64,000 bases of DNA from Candidatus Heimdallarchaeota archaeon (lineage in GTDB: Archaea > Asgardarchaeota > Heimdallarchaeia > Hodarchaeales > Hodarchaeaceae), in assembly GCA_020353515.1 (NCBI GenBank), contig CP070695.1, positions 3,488,050 to 3,552,049 of the forward strand, given 5' to 3'. Below the pieces are notes generated by a model. It was not told where the DNA came from. It searched no databases and saw only the letters and a program-made list of their open reading frames with translations. A program made the position numbers and the translations under genes. Every line of letters starts with the position of its first letter. Positions within the stretch are counted from its first letter, which is position 1. This document shows positions 37,736 to 47,729 of the stretch, piece after piece.

Positions 37736-39298
37736 TTAGACGCGACCTATAAGCATCCCTTCAATTGTTATTGGATTTAATTTAGCGAATTTTCCTTCTG
37801 CTGCAGATAAACGAGATTCTGATGAAGAATGAATACGAATAAGCGATTCTCCACGTTTAACTGCGTCTTTTTTCTTCAGAAAATAAATTCCAGCACCTTT
37901 ATCTTTAGGACATCCAGCAGTCCGCGCAATTTCAGCAATTTTCACATTATCTATCTCAACAATCCAACCGGAGCTGGGACTTAAGATCTCACAGAAATGT
38001 TCTCCTACAGGAATATCGTCTGGTTTTAAGTTCTTATCACCACCTTGGGCTTCAAGAATCTCATAGAATTTATCTAGGGCTTGTCCATCATTAAGAATTT
38101 GCTTAGCGTACTCTCGTCCCTGACCCCGAAGTGCCTTACCTGCCATTTCAAGTAAAATCCCTGATAATTCACATGATTTTTCTATAAGTGAGGAAGGGCC
38201 TTCCCGAGGTTTCATCAAAGTCCTGAGCGCTTCCCGTGCTTCTAATCCTGAACCAACGCTATGGCCTACTGGATGCGCACCAAACGTGATACCACTCTCA
38301 ACTCGAATCCCTAATCTACGACCAAGTTCAGCAAAATCACGGCCCAATGCCTGCGCAGTTCCGATATCTGCTATTTTCGTTCCATGCCCTGTTGGCAAAT
38401 CCATCACTAGGAAGTGAATGCCTGTAGCTAACTTCTTTGACATGATAGAGGCAAGCATCATTGATGAAGGGTTAACTCCTAAAGGAAATTCAACATCTCT
38501 GATTAAAATGTCATCTGCAGGTGCTAAATTGAAACCTCCTCCCCATACAATCATACCTCGTGTTTTTTGAGATATCTCAACTAACTCTTCAGCTGAAAAT
38601 ACTACATCGCACCCAAACGCTTCCATTGTATCAGCTGTTCCAGATGGACTTGTTATTGCACGGCTACTTGTTTTAGGTATTAACAATCCCGCAGCTGCGA
38701 TTATAGGAACAATGAGAAGGGAAACTTTGTTTCCAGGGACCCCACCTGTCGAGTGTTTTCCAAAACAAGTCTCCTGTCCGAAATCTATCATCTCTCCTGT
38801 TTGAGCCATGGCTCTAGACAACTCTTCTATTTCATCCATGTTAAAAGGGTCAAAGACTTGGGACAGTACGAATGCGGTTTTTTCTAATTGACTTAAGCGA
38901 TGATGAGCAATATCATTTACTATCATTGCAATTTCATTTTGTTTGAAAGGACGTTTTTGAACCATACGTTTCCTAAGTAACCAATAACTGTCTGGTGGTG
39001 TTCTACTAAGTGGTAGAACTTGGATCTTTGCCCCTTCATCAATTTCCAATTCAACTAACGTTTCACCTGAAACCCAGATCTCTGCAAGTGGAACATGATC
39101 CGATAATACAATATGTTCTGTGAAAATAGTACGTGTTTCACTTATCAATTGTACTTGTGGATTTTTAAAAGCCCCTTTGAATAATCCCGCCTCTGGAGAC
39201 AGGATTACAGTATTTTTAGGGAAGATCTGAGCTTTTTCTACAATAAATTCGCGAATATCTGAAGGCTTTTTTATTGGGGTAAGGGACATTATGAACAC
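37736..39298 (-). CDS. deoA: AMP/NMP phosphorylase paralog 1
   Basis: KHSTGGVPGNK, PKTSSRAITSPSGTAD, WGG..NLAPADD, LEAREAL, AQGG. Confidence 0.9.
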   Translation of the reverse strand: MFIMSLTPIKKPSDIREFIVEKAQIFPKNTVILSPEAGLFKGAFKNPQVQLISETRTIFTEHIVLSDHVPLAEIWVSGETLVELEIDEGAKIQVLPLSRTPPDSYWLLRKRMVQKRPFKQNEIAMIVNDIAHHRLSQLEKTAFVLSQVFDPFNMDEIEELSRAMAQTGEMIDFGQETCFGKHSTGGVPGNKVSLLIVPIIAAAGLLIPKTSSRAITSPSGTADTMEAFGCDVVFSAEELVEISQKTRGMIVWGGGFNLAPADDILIRDVEFPLGVNPSSMMLASIMSKKLATGIHFLVMDLPTGHGTKIADIGTAQALGRDFAELGRRLGIRVESGITFGAHPVGHSVGSGLEAREALRTLMKPREGPSSLIEKSCELSGILLEMAGKALRGQGREYAKQILNDGQALDKFYEILEAQGGDKNLKPDDIPVGEHFCEILSPSSGWIVEIDNVKIAEIARTAGCPKDKGAGIYFLKKKDAVKRGESLIRIHSSSESRLSAAEGKFAKLNPITIEGMLIGRV

Positions 39299-39424
39299 TT
39301 TCTAGATTGATTTGTCTATATCTCAAACATTAGTAGCCCTTTTGCAAAGGCCTAAAAAATTATTTGCAATTGGAAGACAAATGACATTCAAATCGCTTTT
39401 AACATACATATTTGGTGAGAAAAC

Positions 39425-40192
39425 TTGGTAGACCTCTCAGGTATCACCACATTGCTGTTTGACATTGATAACACCCTCTTATTATTTGATGATCATGAAT
39501 TTATTCGGATCTATATTACATCAATCCACAAATATTTCAAAGAAGAACAACCGAATCTTGAGAAGTTTATGAGTATTTTTTTAACTTCTACCAATAAAAT
39601 GACCAGAATAGATAAGTCTAATCTTAACAATCTCTCAAAATTCGGAGTTGATTTTGGATCAAGAATTGGTCTTTCACGATCGGAGATCATTAAACGATTT
39701 CTTAGTTTTTATCAAACTGATTTTAGAGAAGTATGTCAAATAATGACTTTACATCCAATAGCAAAAGATCTACTCAAATTAGCATCAAATCATTTTCAGC
39801 TTGTTGCAGCTACTAATCCTCTCTTTCCAACAATAGCAAATGAGACGCGATTCTCTCAGACAGGTTTAGATACTTTTCCATGGTTGGAAATTACTTCAGC
39901 AGAAGACTATCACTTTGCAAAACCTCACATCGAATTCTATGAAGAACTTTTGGTTAGAATTGATAAAAAACGCTCCGAATGTATGATTATTGGTGATGAT
40001 CCAATAAATGATATGGTAGCAGGGAGACTTGGAATAAGGACGTTTTTAGTCAAAACGGATGGACGTGCTTTTGCTAATATAATTAAGACGGATCCGAAAT
40101 ACGAAAATATTGATTTTCCAATAGATTATATAGGAACCTTGGAGGATCTACATAAATCACTCCAACTAAAATACTCATCTAAGTTTGTGTAG
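39425..40192 (+). CDS. HAD-superfamily hydrolase
   Basis: FDIDNTL, ATNP, KP, IGDD..ND; SD GGTGA. Confidence 0.88.
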   Translation: MVDLSGITTLLFDIDNTLLLFDDHEFIRIYITSIHKYFKEEQPNLEKFMSIFLTSTNKMTRIDKSNLNNLSKFGVDFGSRIGLSRSEIIKRFLSFYQTDFREVCQIMTLHPIAKDLLKLASNHFQLVAATNPLFPTIANETRFSQTGLDTFPWLEITSAEDYHFAKPHIEFYEELLVRIDKKRSECMIIGDDPINDMVAGRLGIRTFLVKTDGRAFANIIKTDPKYENIDFPIDYIGTLEDLHKSLQLKYSSKFV

Positions 40193-40213
40193 ATAAGACT
40201 AAGAGATAAATTT

Positions 40214-40756
40214 CTATTTAGGCTTAGAAATATGGTTATCATTATACTTTAACTCCCATAACACTCCTAACAAGAAATAATACCCACTTGAGTTTCCAAA
40301 TGTTCTAATTTTCCGAACTTCATGTTCAAATTGTAATTTTTCCTGATTATCCAGCTGAGCTTTTAATAGCTTAATGAAAGGAATTATTTCTGGTGGGAAA
40401 TTCTGATTCAAAAAACGACGAATTAGCTGAGCTGATCTCGAATTTGTGAGCTTTTCAAAAGGTAAATTAGTGAGATATCTAAAAATTTCAGATACCTCTT
40501 TGTTTAAACAATATTTTGCCGTTAGAATTCCTAAAAATAGATCATCAGATTGAGGTGTACTTCCTAATCCATAGCCCAAAATTTGGGATAAATTTCTCAT
40601 TAATGAATCAATTTGTTTCTCCCTCAGATTCATAAAATCTTTTTGAAATTCTTTTAAAGGACTATTTATCATCTGTAGCATATTTTGTTCATTGAGAAGA
40701 GGAAATTGGTGATTTAACAATGAATCCAAAGAAGGTTCTTTTCTTACAGGATTCAA
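40214..40756 (-). CDS. DUF2877 / AllH-like protein (C-terminal region only; start uncertain)
   Basis: LGYGLGSTPQSDDLFLG and FGNSSG..FLLG resemble DUF2877 motifs. Confidence 0.6.
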   Translation of the reverse strand: MNPVRKEPSLDSLLNHQFPLLNEQNMLQMINSPLKEFQKDFMNLREKQIDSLMRNLSQILGYGLGSTPQSDDLFLGILTAKYCLNKEVSEIFRYLTNLPFEKLTNSRSAQLIRRFLNQNFPPEIIPFIKLLKAQLDNQEKLQFEHEVRKIRTFGNSSGYYFLLGVLWELKYNDNHISKPK

Positions 40757-40953
40757 AACTTCCTCTAAGCATTGAATATGTTGATCTTTTAATTGAAAAA
40801 CCTCAATTGAAAGTTAATTCTCCTTCTTCTTATTTTTTTCTTTCGTGATTTCTGATATAGATCCTCTTATCTCGAAGTTTATTATTTGTATTAAAAGAAA
40901 TCGAAAAGTAAGAGTTAAATTCATTGTTTTATTGAGAGTTTCAGTGGTTTTCA

Positions 40954-41316
40954 GTGGTTGCAGAGAAAATGTCATCGAGAGTAGTAGAGTACTTTAGCAA
41001 TTTTTCTGACTATTATCAAAAAACGCTCCTTAGGCGCTTGATTGTTGGATTAATCATTGGAAGCATACTCTGGTTAAGTCTATTTTTATTATCAAACATA
41101 TTGGCTATTATTCTAGATAATAATATTTGGTGGGATACATTCTTATACGACCTTCCTCTTGTAGGAGCGATTATAGCGTTAATTGTTACCTTACAAATAT
41201 GGGGAATATTACCTCAACCAGCTAATACTGAAGATGACCATCTATTCAGAGAAAACATAGGAAATGAGGAGCACAACAAAGAAGAAGCAAATTCAGAGGA
41301 ATCAGAACTAGATTAG
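40954..41316 (+). CDS. Small 2-TM membrane protein with acidic tail
   Basis: Two hydrophobic helices, E-rich C-terminus. Confidence 0.65.
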   Translation: MVAEKMSSRVVEYFSNFSDYYQKTLLRRLIVGLIIGSILWLSLFLLSNILAIILDNNIWWDTFLYDLPLVGAIIALIVTLQIWGILPQPANTEDDHLFRENIGNEEHNKEEANSEESELD

Positions 41317-41341
41317 GTTAAGTGAAAACAATTAAATGGGT

Positions 41342-42409
41342 TTAATCCTTTAAATCAACGGAATTCTCCTTCTTTTCCTGTTCGTATTCTTTTGTATTGA
41401 TATAAGAAAGTGTAGTAACAACCCCAAAGAGAATTAGAGCGCCAATAATCTGTGTTAAAGAAAGTGTAAACCCTAAGAAGATAAAATTAATAAAAATAGC
41501 TAATAGAGGAAAAGCTAGCTCAGCTAAACCACTAACAGAAGCTTTTGACCATCTAAGACCAAAGTAGTAAAGAGCCAAAGGAATAATCCCCCCAGTTAAG
41601 ATCGCTGAATAAGTAATACAAATGATTCCAAGCATTGGAATTCCAAAATTGGTTTCAAAAAATCTTGGAAAAGTAGTGAATGATTCGCCAAGAGCATTAA
41701 AATTATCAGGTGTGTATGCCAAGACTATTATATTGAAAAATATTAATATTAGCGCTCCGCCAATGTATCGAAATGTTGTTATATCCCAATAATCAGCTTT
41801 TTCCGTCAATATTCGCCCAAAGACAGTGTTTGATCCCCAAAAAACTGCAGCTATTATTGAACATAAAGCAGCTAGAGCCTCAAAGCTAAATGTAATTCGA
41901 AAAGGATCTTCAAATGCGATTAAAAATATCCCAATAATAGAAAAGAATACTGCAATATAGTAGAACTTTGTAGGTCTTTCTTTCAATAAAATCATTGCTA
42001 CTAGCAAAGTAATTAGAGGTTGAGTTTTTTGAAGTAGGATTGCTACAGTTGGATTCCCTAATGCGAAGGAAATCAGAAAGAAATACAAACCTAATCCAGA
42101 TCCTAGCGAAACAAAAGCAATACTTATCCTTTCTCTGTTTTGAAAATCCTTCAATAAGGAGATAAAATGTGATTTTCCACGACGTATTAAGAGAATAGGA
42201 GTGATAATCAGAACACCAATGATATGTTCAATTGTTACAATAAAAGAAGAAAAACTACTTAATCGTAAAGCACTAGTTATATTCTGCACCCAGGTGTATC
42301 TACTTAACAGTAACGGATAACGGACTGGAGCATCTAATGCTCGCATCGCATTAGCGGTAGCCACAATTGCTGGCCCTATAAAAACTTCTTTTTGTTCGTC
42401 AGGATCCAA
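41342..42409 (-). CDS. DMT/EamA family transporter
   Basis: ~10 TM segments, LQKTQP...LKER, two-repeat architecture. Confidence 0.88.
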   Translation of the reverse strand: MDPDEQKEVFIGPAIVATANAMRALDAPVRYPLLLSRYTWVQNITSALRLSSFSSFIVTIEHIIGVLIITPILLIRRGKSHFISLLKDFQNRERISIAFVSLGSGLGLYFFLISFALGNPTVAILLQKTQPLITLLVAMILLKERPTKFYYIAVFFSIIGIFLIAFEDPFRITFSFEALAALCSIIAAVFWGSNTVFGRILTEKADYWDITTFRYIGGALILIFFNIIVLAYTPDNFNALGESFTTFPRFFETNFGIPMLGIICITYSAILTGGIIPLALYYFGLRWSKASVSGLAELAFPLLAIFINFIFLGFTLSLTQIIGALILFGVVTTLSYINTKEYEQEKKENSVDLKD

Positions 42410-42797
42410 AAAAGTCCCTTCTTACTTTTATATTCGTATAAATAGAGTAGATCGATGATAAATTTATGCAAGGACATTTCAACAAAAAGATCAAGTTCTA
42501 CTATAAATGTTACGATTAAGGAGGAGTTCCTCCAAAAATGAGTATTTATACATTCCTCTCTTAATTATTTCTAATATTAGTTTAAATCGTGAAAATGAAT
42601 CAAAAAAATTGCTGAGAAATCTTGGGTAAATTTGAGTTATGAAGAATCCTTTAATCATAAAATTCACACATAATTAGTAATAACATTAATAAAAACGTAT
42701 AGATTTTCCATCTGAGTGTTGTTTAAAACTAGAATTAAAATAATAGGATGAAGATCAAGAAACGTACTTTATTTTTTTGAGAAAGGTGAGAGATATA

Positions 42798-43400
42798 TTG
42801 GTATCTAAAGAGTTGACATTCAGAGCTCCTTCCTGGGATGATATAGAATCAATAACTGTCGAGCTTTATAATTTAGTAAGAAAAGATGGATATTCTCCTG
42901 ACATCATTGCTGGAATAAGTCGTGGAGGATTAGTTCCAGCGAGAATTATCAGTGATCTTTTTCTATGTCAATCTAAAAAACCTACTTTAGCAATTATGCA
43001 GATTGGGTTTTATTCGGGAGTGGGGAAGACAGAAAAAGAACCCATTATATACCAAGATCTCCCAGGACACATACATGGTAAGAAAATTTTACTTATTGAT
43101 GATGTTGCCGACAGTGGGGTATCGCTCGATTTTGCAATGAAATATTTAAACATGAAAAAACCTCTAGAGGTAAGAATAGGTACTCTATACTACAAACCAT
43201 GGTCAATGATAAAACCCCGATATTATGTAGAGGAAACAGAGAGCTGGATAATTTTCCCTCATGAAAGATATGAATTCATGGCGGAACAGTTAAAAAATAA
43301 AGAGATGGATACGAAAGAAGCGAGAAAATTTTTTATGGAAGAAGCTGGACTTCCTGATTACTCAATTAATCAGTTCCTTAAAATTATAAAAAAGAGATAA
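42798..43400 (+). CDS. Type I phosphoribosyltransferase (purine PRT-like)
   Basis: GISRGGLVPA, LLIDDVADSG, WIIFPHE; TTG 42798 after SD AGGTGA. Confidence 0.88.
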   Translation: MVSKELTFRAPSWDDIESITVELYNLVRKDGYSPDIIAGISRGGLVPARIISDLFLCQSKKPTLAIMQIGFYSGVGKTEKEPIIYQDLPGHIHGKKILLIDDVADSGVSLDFAMKYLNMKKPLEVRIGTLYYKPWSMIKPRYYVEETESWIIFPHERYEFMAEQLKNKEMDTKEARKFFMEEAGLPDYSINQFLKIIKKR

Positions 43401-43408
43401 ATCAAGAA

Positions 43409-44734
43409 TTATCTTTTCTTCATATTTCTCTCAATATTCTCTACTACTCGATCTACAATCTCTGGTGCCAAACCAATATACTTTTTGGGATCTAGGATAT
43501 CATCAATTTCTTTTTCCAAGAATATTGTTTTGATTTGTGGATGATTTTTTACTGCATTGACAAAATCATCTTCTTTTGTAAGATCACGTAAGATTTCATG
43601 AGCTTTTTGCCTGCCTATTGAGCTTGTTAGCTTAACTAGCAAATTTTCACTACACTGGCGTCCCTTTAACAAGTATAGATTTCTCTCAACGTTTTCTTCA
43701 TTAATTATCAATTCGTTGAGGAGTTCTTTCATCTCTAGGAGGGAGAAATCAATCAGAATGATAAGCTGTGGGAGGATTATTCGTTCGTTGCTAGAATTAG
43801 ACATATCTCTTTCATGTTCTAATGAAACATTTTCTATTACTGATGGTATTATGGAACGAAGATATCGTGCAATTCCGCAAATCCGTTCTAGTCTCCAAGG
43901 ATTTTGTTTTTGCGGCATTGTTGAAGACCCAACTTGTTTTTGTGTACTTGTTTCACTTACTTCCCCAATTTCAGTCCGTTGTAAATTTCTTAATTCTCTT
44001 GCTAATTTGTCAAGTACTGCACTAACGGCTATTAAAGAGGAAACAAAGTGAAAATATATAACTCTAGGTACAACTTGAGTTGAAATCATAGATGATTCTA
44101 ATCCTAATTTGCGCATGACATCCTTTTCAATTTCACTTGTGCCATATGCTGCATAAGTACCTACTGCACCGGAGAGCTTACCATAAATAACCGTTTCCAA
44201 TAAATTTTCTCTAGTAATATAAAGCTCATTGAGAAAATTAGCGAATTTAAACCCGTATGTTGTTGGGATTGCATGTTTTCCATGAGTTCGGCCGATACAA
44301 ACAAGGTTACGATATTTCTTCGCCAACTGAATTAAAGTATACAATAAATCATCAATATGTTCAAGGAGAAGATTTTTTGCTTCTTTAAGTTGTAATGCTG
44401 TGACAGTATCTTGAATATCGCTAGAAGTGGCTCCTAGATGAATAAATTGACCATAATTTGGACAAACTTCAGTAGCAGCCATTATAACGCTAAAAAGATC
44501 ATGTCGAGTTTCTTTTTCTATTTCTTTTACTCTTTTTAATGATATATTTTCGAGTTTAACATATTTTTCGATTTCTTCCGCTGCTTCTTGTGGAATTTTA
44601 CCATAAACGGCATTAGCTTCAGCTAATTTTCGTTCAACGAGAAGTTGAAGTTCTAGTTGCTTTTCTTCTTCAAAAATATCAGCAATAGGTGTTTTATAGC
44701 GTTTATAAGCAAAAGATGTCATAACACATGCCAC
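43409..44734 (-). CDS. purB: Adenylosuccinate lyase
   Basis: TRHD, HLGATSSD, GRTHG.HA.PTT, GSSTMPQKQNP. Confidence 0.95.
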   Translation of the reverse strand: MACVMTSFAYKRYKTPIADIFEEEKQLELQLLVERKLAEANAVYGKIPQEAAEEIEKYVKLENISLKRVKEIEKETRHDLFSVIMAATEVCPNYGQFIHLGATSSDIQDTVTALQLKEAKNLLLEHIDDLLYTLIQLAKKYRNLVCIGRTHGKHAIPTTYGFKFANFLNELYITRENLLETVIYGKLSGAVGTYAAYGTSEIEKDVMRKLGLESSMISTQVVPRVIYFHFVSSLIAVSAVLDKLARELRNLQRTEIGEVSETSTQKQVGSSTMPQKQNPWRLERICGIARYLRSIIPSVIENVSLEHERDMSNSSNERIILPQLIILIDFSLLEMKELLNELIINEENVERNLYLLKGRQCSENLLVKLTSSIGRQKAHEILRDLTKEDDFVNAVKNHPQIKTIFLEKEIDDILDPKKYIGLAPEIVDRVVENIERNMKKR

Positions 44735-44937
44735 AGAAATTAATTTTCAGAGATCTCATTAGTAATATCAATTAATTAAATACCATTTGAGATGTGAAGA
44801 AATAACACATAAATTTTTTTTGAAAAAGGAAGGAATACAACATAAAAGTAATAAAATGATATGATTGAATTTGTGAATGTACCTCATTTTATGAATTACA
44901 ATTTTTAATATCTTGAATAAACGGAGTTTAGTCTAAG

Positions 44938-45942
44938 ATGACATGTGATATCGTTTGTGGGGGATTTTGGGGTGATGAAGGAAAGGGAAAGATTATTAGC
45001 TATCTTGTAAACAAGCGTCGAGCAAGAGTTGTAGCTAAAGGAGGCGTAGGACCAAATGCTGGTCATACAATAGTCATAAAAGACAAAGAGTACAAACTTC
45101 GGATGATTCCCTCTGGAATTGGTGGCTCACATGTTGATAAACTTCTTATTGGACCTGGTGTCCTAGTAAACCCAGACATTTTCTTGAAAGAGTTAGAAAT
45201 GACAGAAACTGAGGGGATATCTTATCTTGATCCGCAATGTGGTATAATAACTCCTAAACATATTGAGATTGATACAACCGACAAACACTTAACTCAAATC
45301 GTTGGAACTTCTGGAGCAGGTACTGGACCTGCTAATCAAGATCGGATCCGTCGCGTATTAAATCTGGCACGAGATGTTGATGAATTAAAACCCTATCTTT
45401 TAGATGTTCCTCATGAAGTAAACAAAACTATAGATAATAACTATCCTGTTTTAATAGAGGGAACGCAAGCGACTCATTTATCTCTATTTCACGGAACTTA
45501 CCCATTTGTTACTTCAAAAGACGTGACTGCTTCATCTATTTGTGCTGATGTGGGAATTGGACCTACAAAAATTACTGATGTAGTTCTTGTTTTCAAGGCG
45601 TATGTCACTCGTGTTGGTGAAGGACCATTACCTAACCAACTATCTGAAGAAGAAACTCGAAGAAAAGGATGGGTTGAATATGGTACGGTTACAGGACGCC
45701 TTCGGAGAGCTGCACCTTTTAATATTGATCTTGCAAGAAGAAGTATCATGCTAAATGGCGCTACAAAACTTGCTTTGACAAAATTGGATATTATATACCC
45801 GAATGAAGCAGGTAAACGTCACTTTAATGATTTAGAAACTGAAACTAAGAAGTGGATAAGTGAAATTGAAGAGAAAATAGGTATGAAATTTCATTTTATT
45901 GGAACAGGACCTGCTAATGTTGATATCATAGATCGAGAATAA
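44938..45942 (+). CDS. purA: Adenylosuccinate synthetase (short archaeal type)
   Basis: WGDEGKGK, GPNAGHT, EGTQ, GTYPFVTS, EYGTVTGRLRR, TKLD. Confidence 0.96.
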   Translation: MTCDIVCGGFWGDEGKGKIISYLVNKRRARVVAKGGVGPNAGHTIVIKDKEYKLRMIPSGIGGSHVDKLLIGPGVLVNPDIFLKELEMTETEGISYLDPQCGIITPKHIEIDTTDKHLTQIVGTSGAGTGPANQDRIRRVLNLARDVDELKPYLLDVPHEVNKTIDNNYPVLIEGTQATHLSLFHGTYPFVTSKDVTASSICADVGIGPTKITDVVLVFKAYVTRVGEGPLPNQLSEEETRRKGWVEYGTVTGRLRRAAPFNIDLARRSIMLNGATKLALTKLDIIYPNEAGKRHFNDLETETKKWISEIEEKIGMKFHFIGTGPANVDIIDRE

Positions 45943-46015
45943 TACCATATGTCAATGCCAATTTCGATGGACATTTATTAGAAATTGTAAACACTGATAT
46001 AAAGGTTGAAGTATA

Positions 46016-46780
46016 ATGAATGAAGAACCAGTTGAAGTAGTCGCGGTAGGCCCACATCCTGATGATGTTGAACTAGGTATTGGGGGTACCCTGGCAAAAT
46101 TATCAAAAAAAGGTATCAAGACTGGTATAATCGATTTAACTAACGCAGAACCAACTCCCAAAAACGTAAAATATCGTTCTCCTGATGATTATGACCCAGA
46201 TTATGCTGAACAAAGAATAAACGAGGCTAAAGAAGCAGCTCGTATCCTAGGAGCAGAAAGAATAACATTAGATCTCCCAAATCGACGACTTTTTGATACA
46301 TTCGAAACACGCTGTAAATTGGCTACAATATTTCGGGAATGGCGTCCTAAGGTGGTTATTTCGATGTATGGTAAGACTTTGATGGCTTCGCCTGATCATT
46401 ACCAGGCACAACAAATAGTAGAGGCAGCAATATTCTACTCTAGATTAACGAAATGGGATAAATACTTCGAGAATCTCCCTGTTCATCGCATCAATTCATT
46501 ATTATATTTTCCAGTCCGATTTATTGATTTACATCCAGAAGGTTACACATCATTTTTCATTGATATCACAAATGAAGTTGATCTTAAAGAAAAAGCTATC
46601 CTTGTGTATAAATCTCAGGGATTTGTCCCGAGTAAAACAACTCAAATCTCTCACTTTCCATCAATGCTCCTAACATGGAATAAAACCCTTGGATCACGAA
46701 TTGGAGTGGAATATGCAGAACATCTAGTATCTCCTGTTCCCCTCCGCTGTGATGATTTTGGTTATTTCATGAACAAATAG
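46016..46780 (+). CDS. PIG-L/LmbE family deacetylase (BshB-like)
   Basis: GPHPDDVELGIGGT, R..EA..AA.ILG, PDH, YKSQ. Confidence 0.88.
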   Translation: MNEEPVEVVAVGPHPDDVELGIGGTLAKLSKKGIKTGIIDLTNAEPTPKNVKYRSPDDYDPDYAEQRINEAKEAARILGAERITLDLPNRRLFDTFETRCKLATIFREWRPKVVISMYGKTLMASPDHYQAQQIVEAAIFYSRLTKWDKYFENLPVHRINSLLYFPVRFIDLHPEGYTSFFIDITNEVDLKEKAILVYKSQGFVPSKTTQISHFPSMLLTWNKTLGSRIGVEYAEHLVSPVPLRCDDFGYFMNK

Positions 46781-47729
46781 TATTTTCATTAGCTTCTCGG
46801 GTAGTTATTAACACCCAGAGACTCTCTGCTCTGCTTACTATTTTTTCTTCTACTCTTTCCTTAAAGATAACTACAATCATTGATTGTGAATAAGTAGAAC
46901 CTGTTTGTGTTAGAGATAAACTTCCATTGACGCTGTCTAAATAGTACCATTGGCCATCATCCAATTGAATGAACCCTTTCATTCGTCTTGTTTTTTTTGC
47001 TAATTCAGAGAAGTATTCCCGTACTTTTTGTGAGTCTAATCCATGATTGGCTCTTAACGAAATATCGATAGCGCTTTTTGTAGTTGCAAATGTACCGGGA
47101 AAGTCTTTTTCCACAACCTTTCTTTTTGAATACATTTTTTCTAATTTATCTTGTGATAGATCCCCAAAACTAGTTCTTATAATTTTAATTCTCGAATTAA
47201 TTGAGCGAAGCTTGTGTTTTATTTCCAAGACTCTCTTTGGGGTTACCAAATCAATTTTATTGATTATAGCTACTGATGCATACTGAATTTGCTTTTCAAT
47301 TGTCTGAACTACATCAACAAGACTTATGAAATGAAGTGAATCAATTAAACAAATATTTCCAGAATAAGCATATATTTCCCCAATTTTTTTTCTAACTATC
47401 TGCAAATCTTTATCCATTGTAACGGGGTCTGCAAGTCCAGATGCCTCAATGAATAGAACATCTATCGGAGTTGTGGATAATTGGATTAATTCTTCAACGA
47501 AGGTATCATGTCGACATTGGCAGAAAATTGATCCCCCATTGATTTCTATCAATTCGAGCTCGTTTTGAGGTAATAATAATCCGTCAATCCCGATTTCACC
47601 AAATTCATTCATTAAAACTCCACATTTTTGAGAAGAGAAAAGAGACAGCAACTTTAGTAAAAATGTTGTCTTTCCTGAACCTAAGAAACCATTAATCAAA
47701 AAGAGATGGATTTGTTTCTCTTGCATCAC
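46767..47729 (-). CDS. CobW/COG0523 G3E metallochaperone GTPase
   Basis: GFLGSGKTT, NEFG, CQC, EASGLADP, NKID, RMKG. Confidence 0.9.
   Translation of the reverse strand: MMQEKQIHLFLINGFLGSGKTTFLLKLLSLFSSQKCGVLMNEFGEIGIDGLLLPQNELELIEINGGSIFCQCRHDTFVEELIQLSTTPIDVLFIEASGLADPVTMDKDLQIVRKKIGEIYAYSGNICLIDSLHFISLVDVVQTIEKQIQYASVAIINKIDLVTPKRVLEIKHKLRSINSRIKIIRTSFGDLSQDKLEKMYSKRKVVEKDFPGTFATTKSAIDISLRANHGLDSQKVREYFSELAKKTRRMKGFIQLDDGQWYYLDSVNGSLSLTQTGSTYSQSMIVVIFKERVEEKIVSRAESLWVLITTREANENTICS

Noticed and set aside
33696-41316. Small membrane proteins (33696-34136, 40954-41316) as the missing chemoreceptors
   Set aside because: No HAMP or MCP signalling hairpin, and far from the che cluster.
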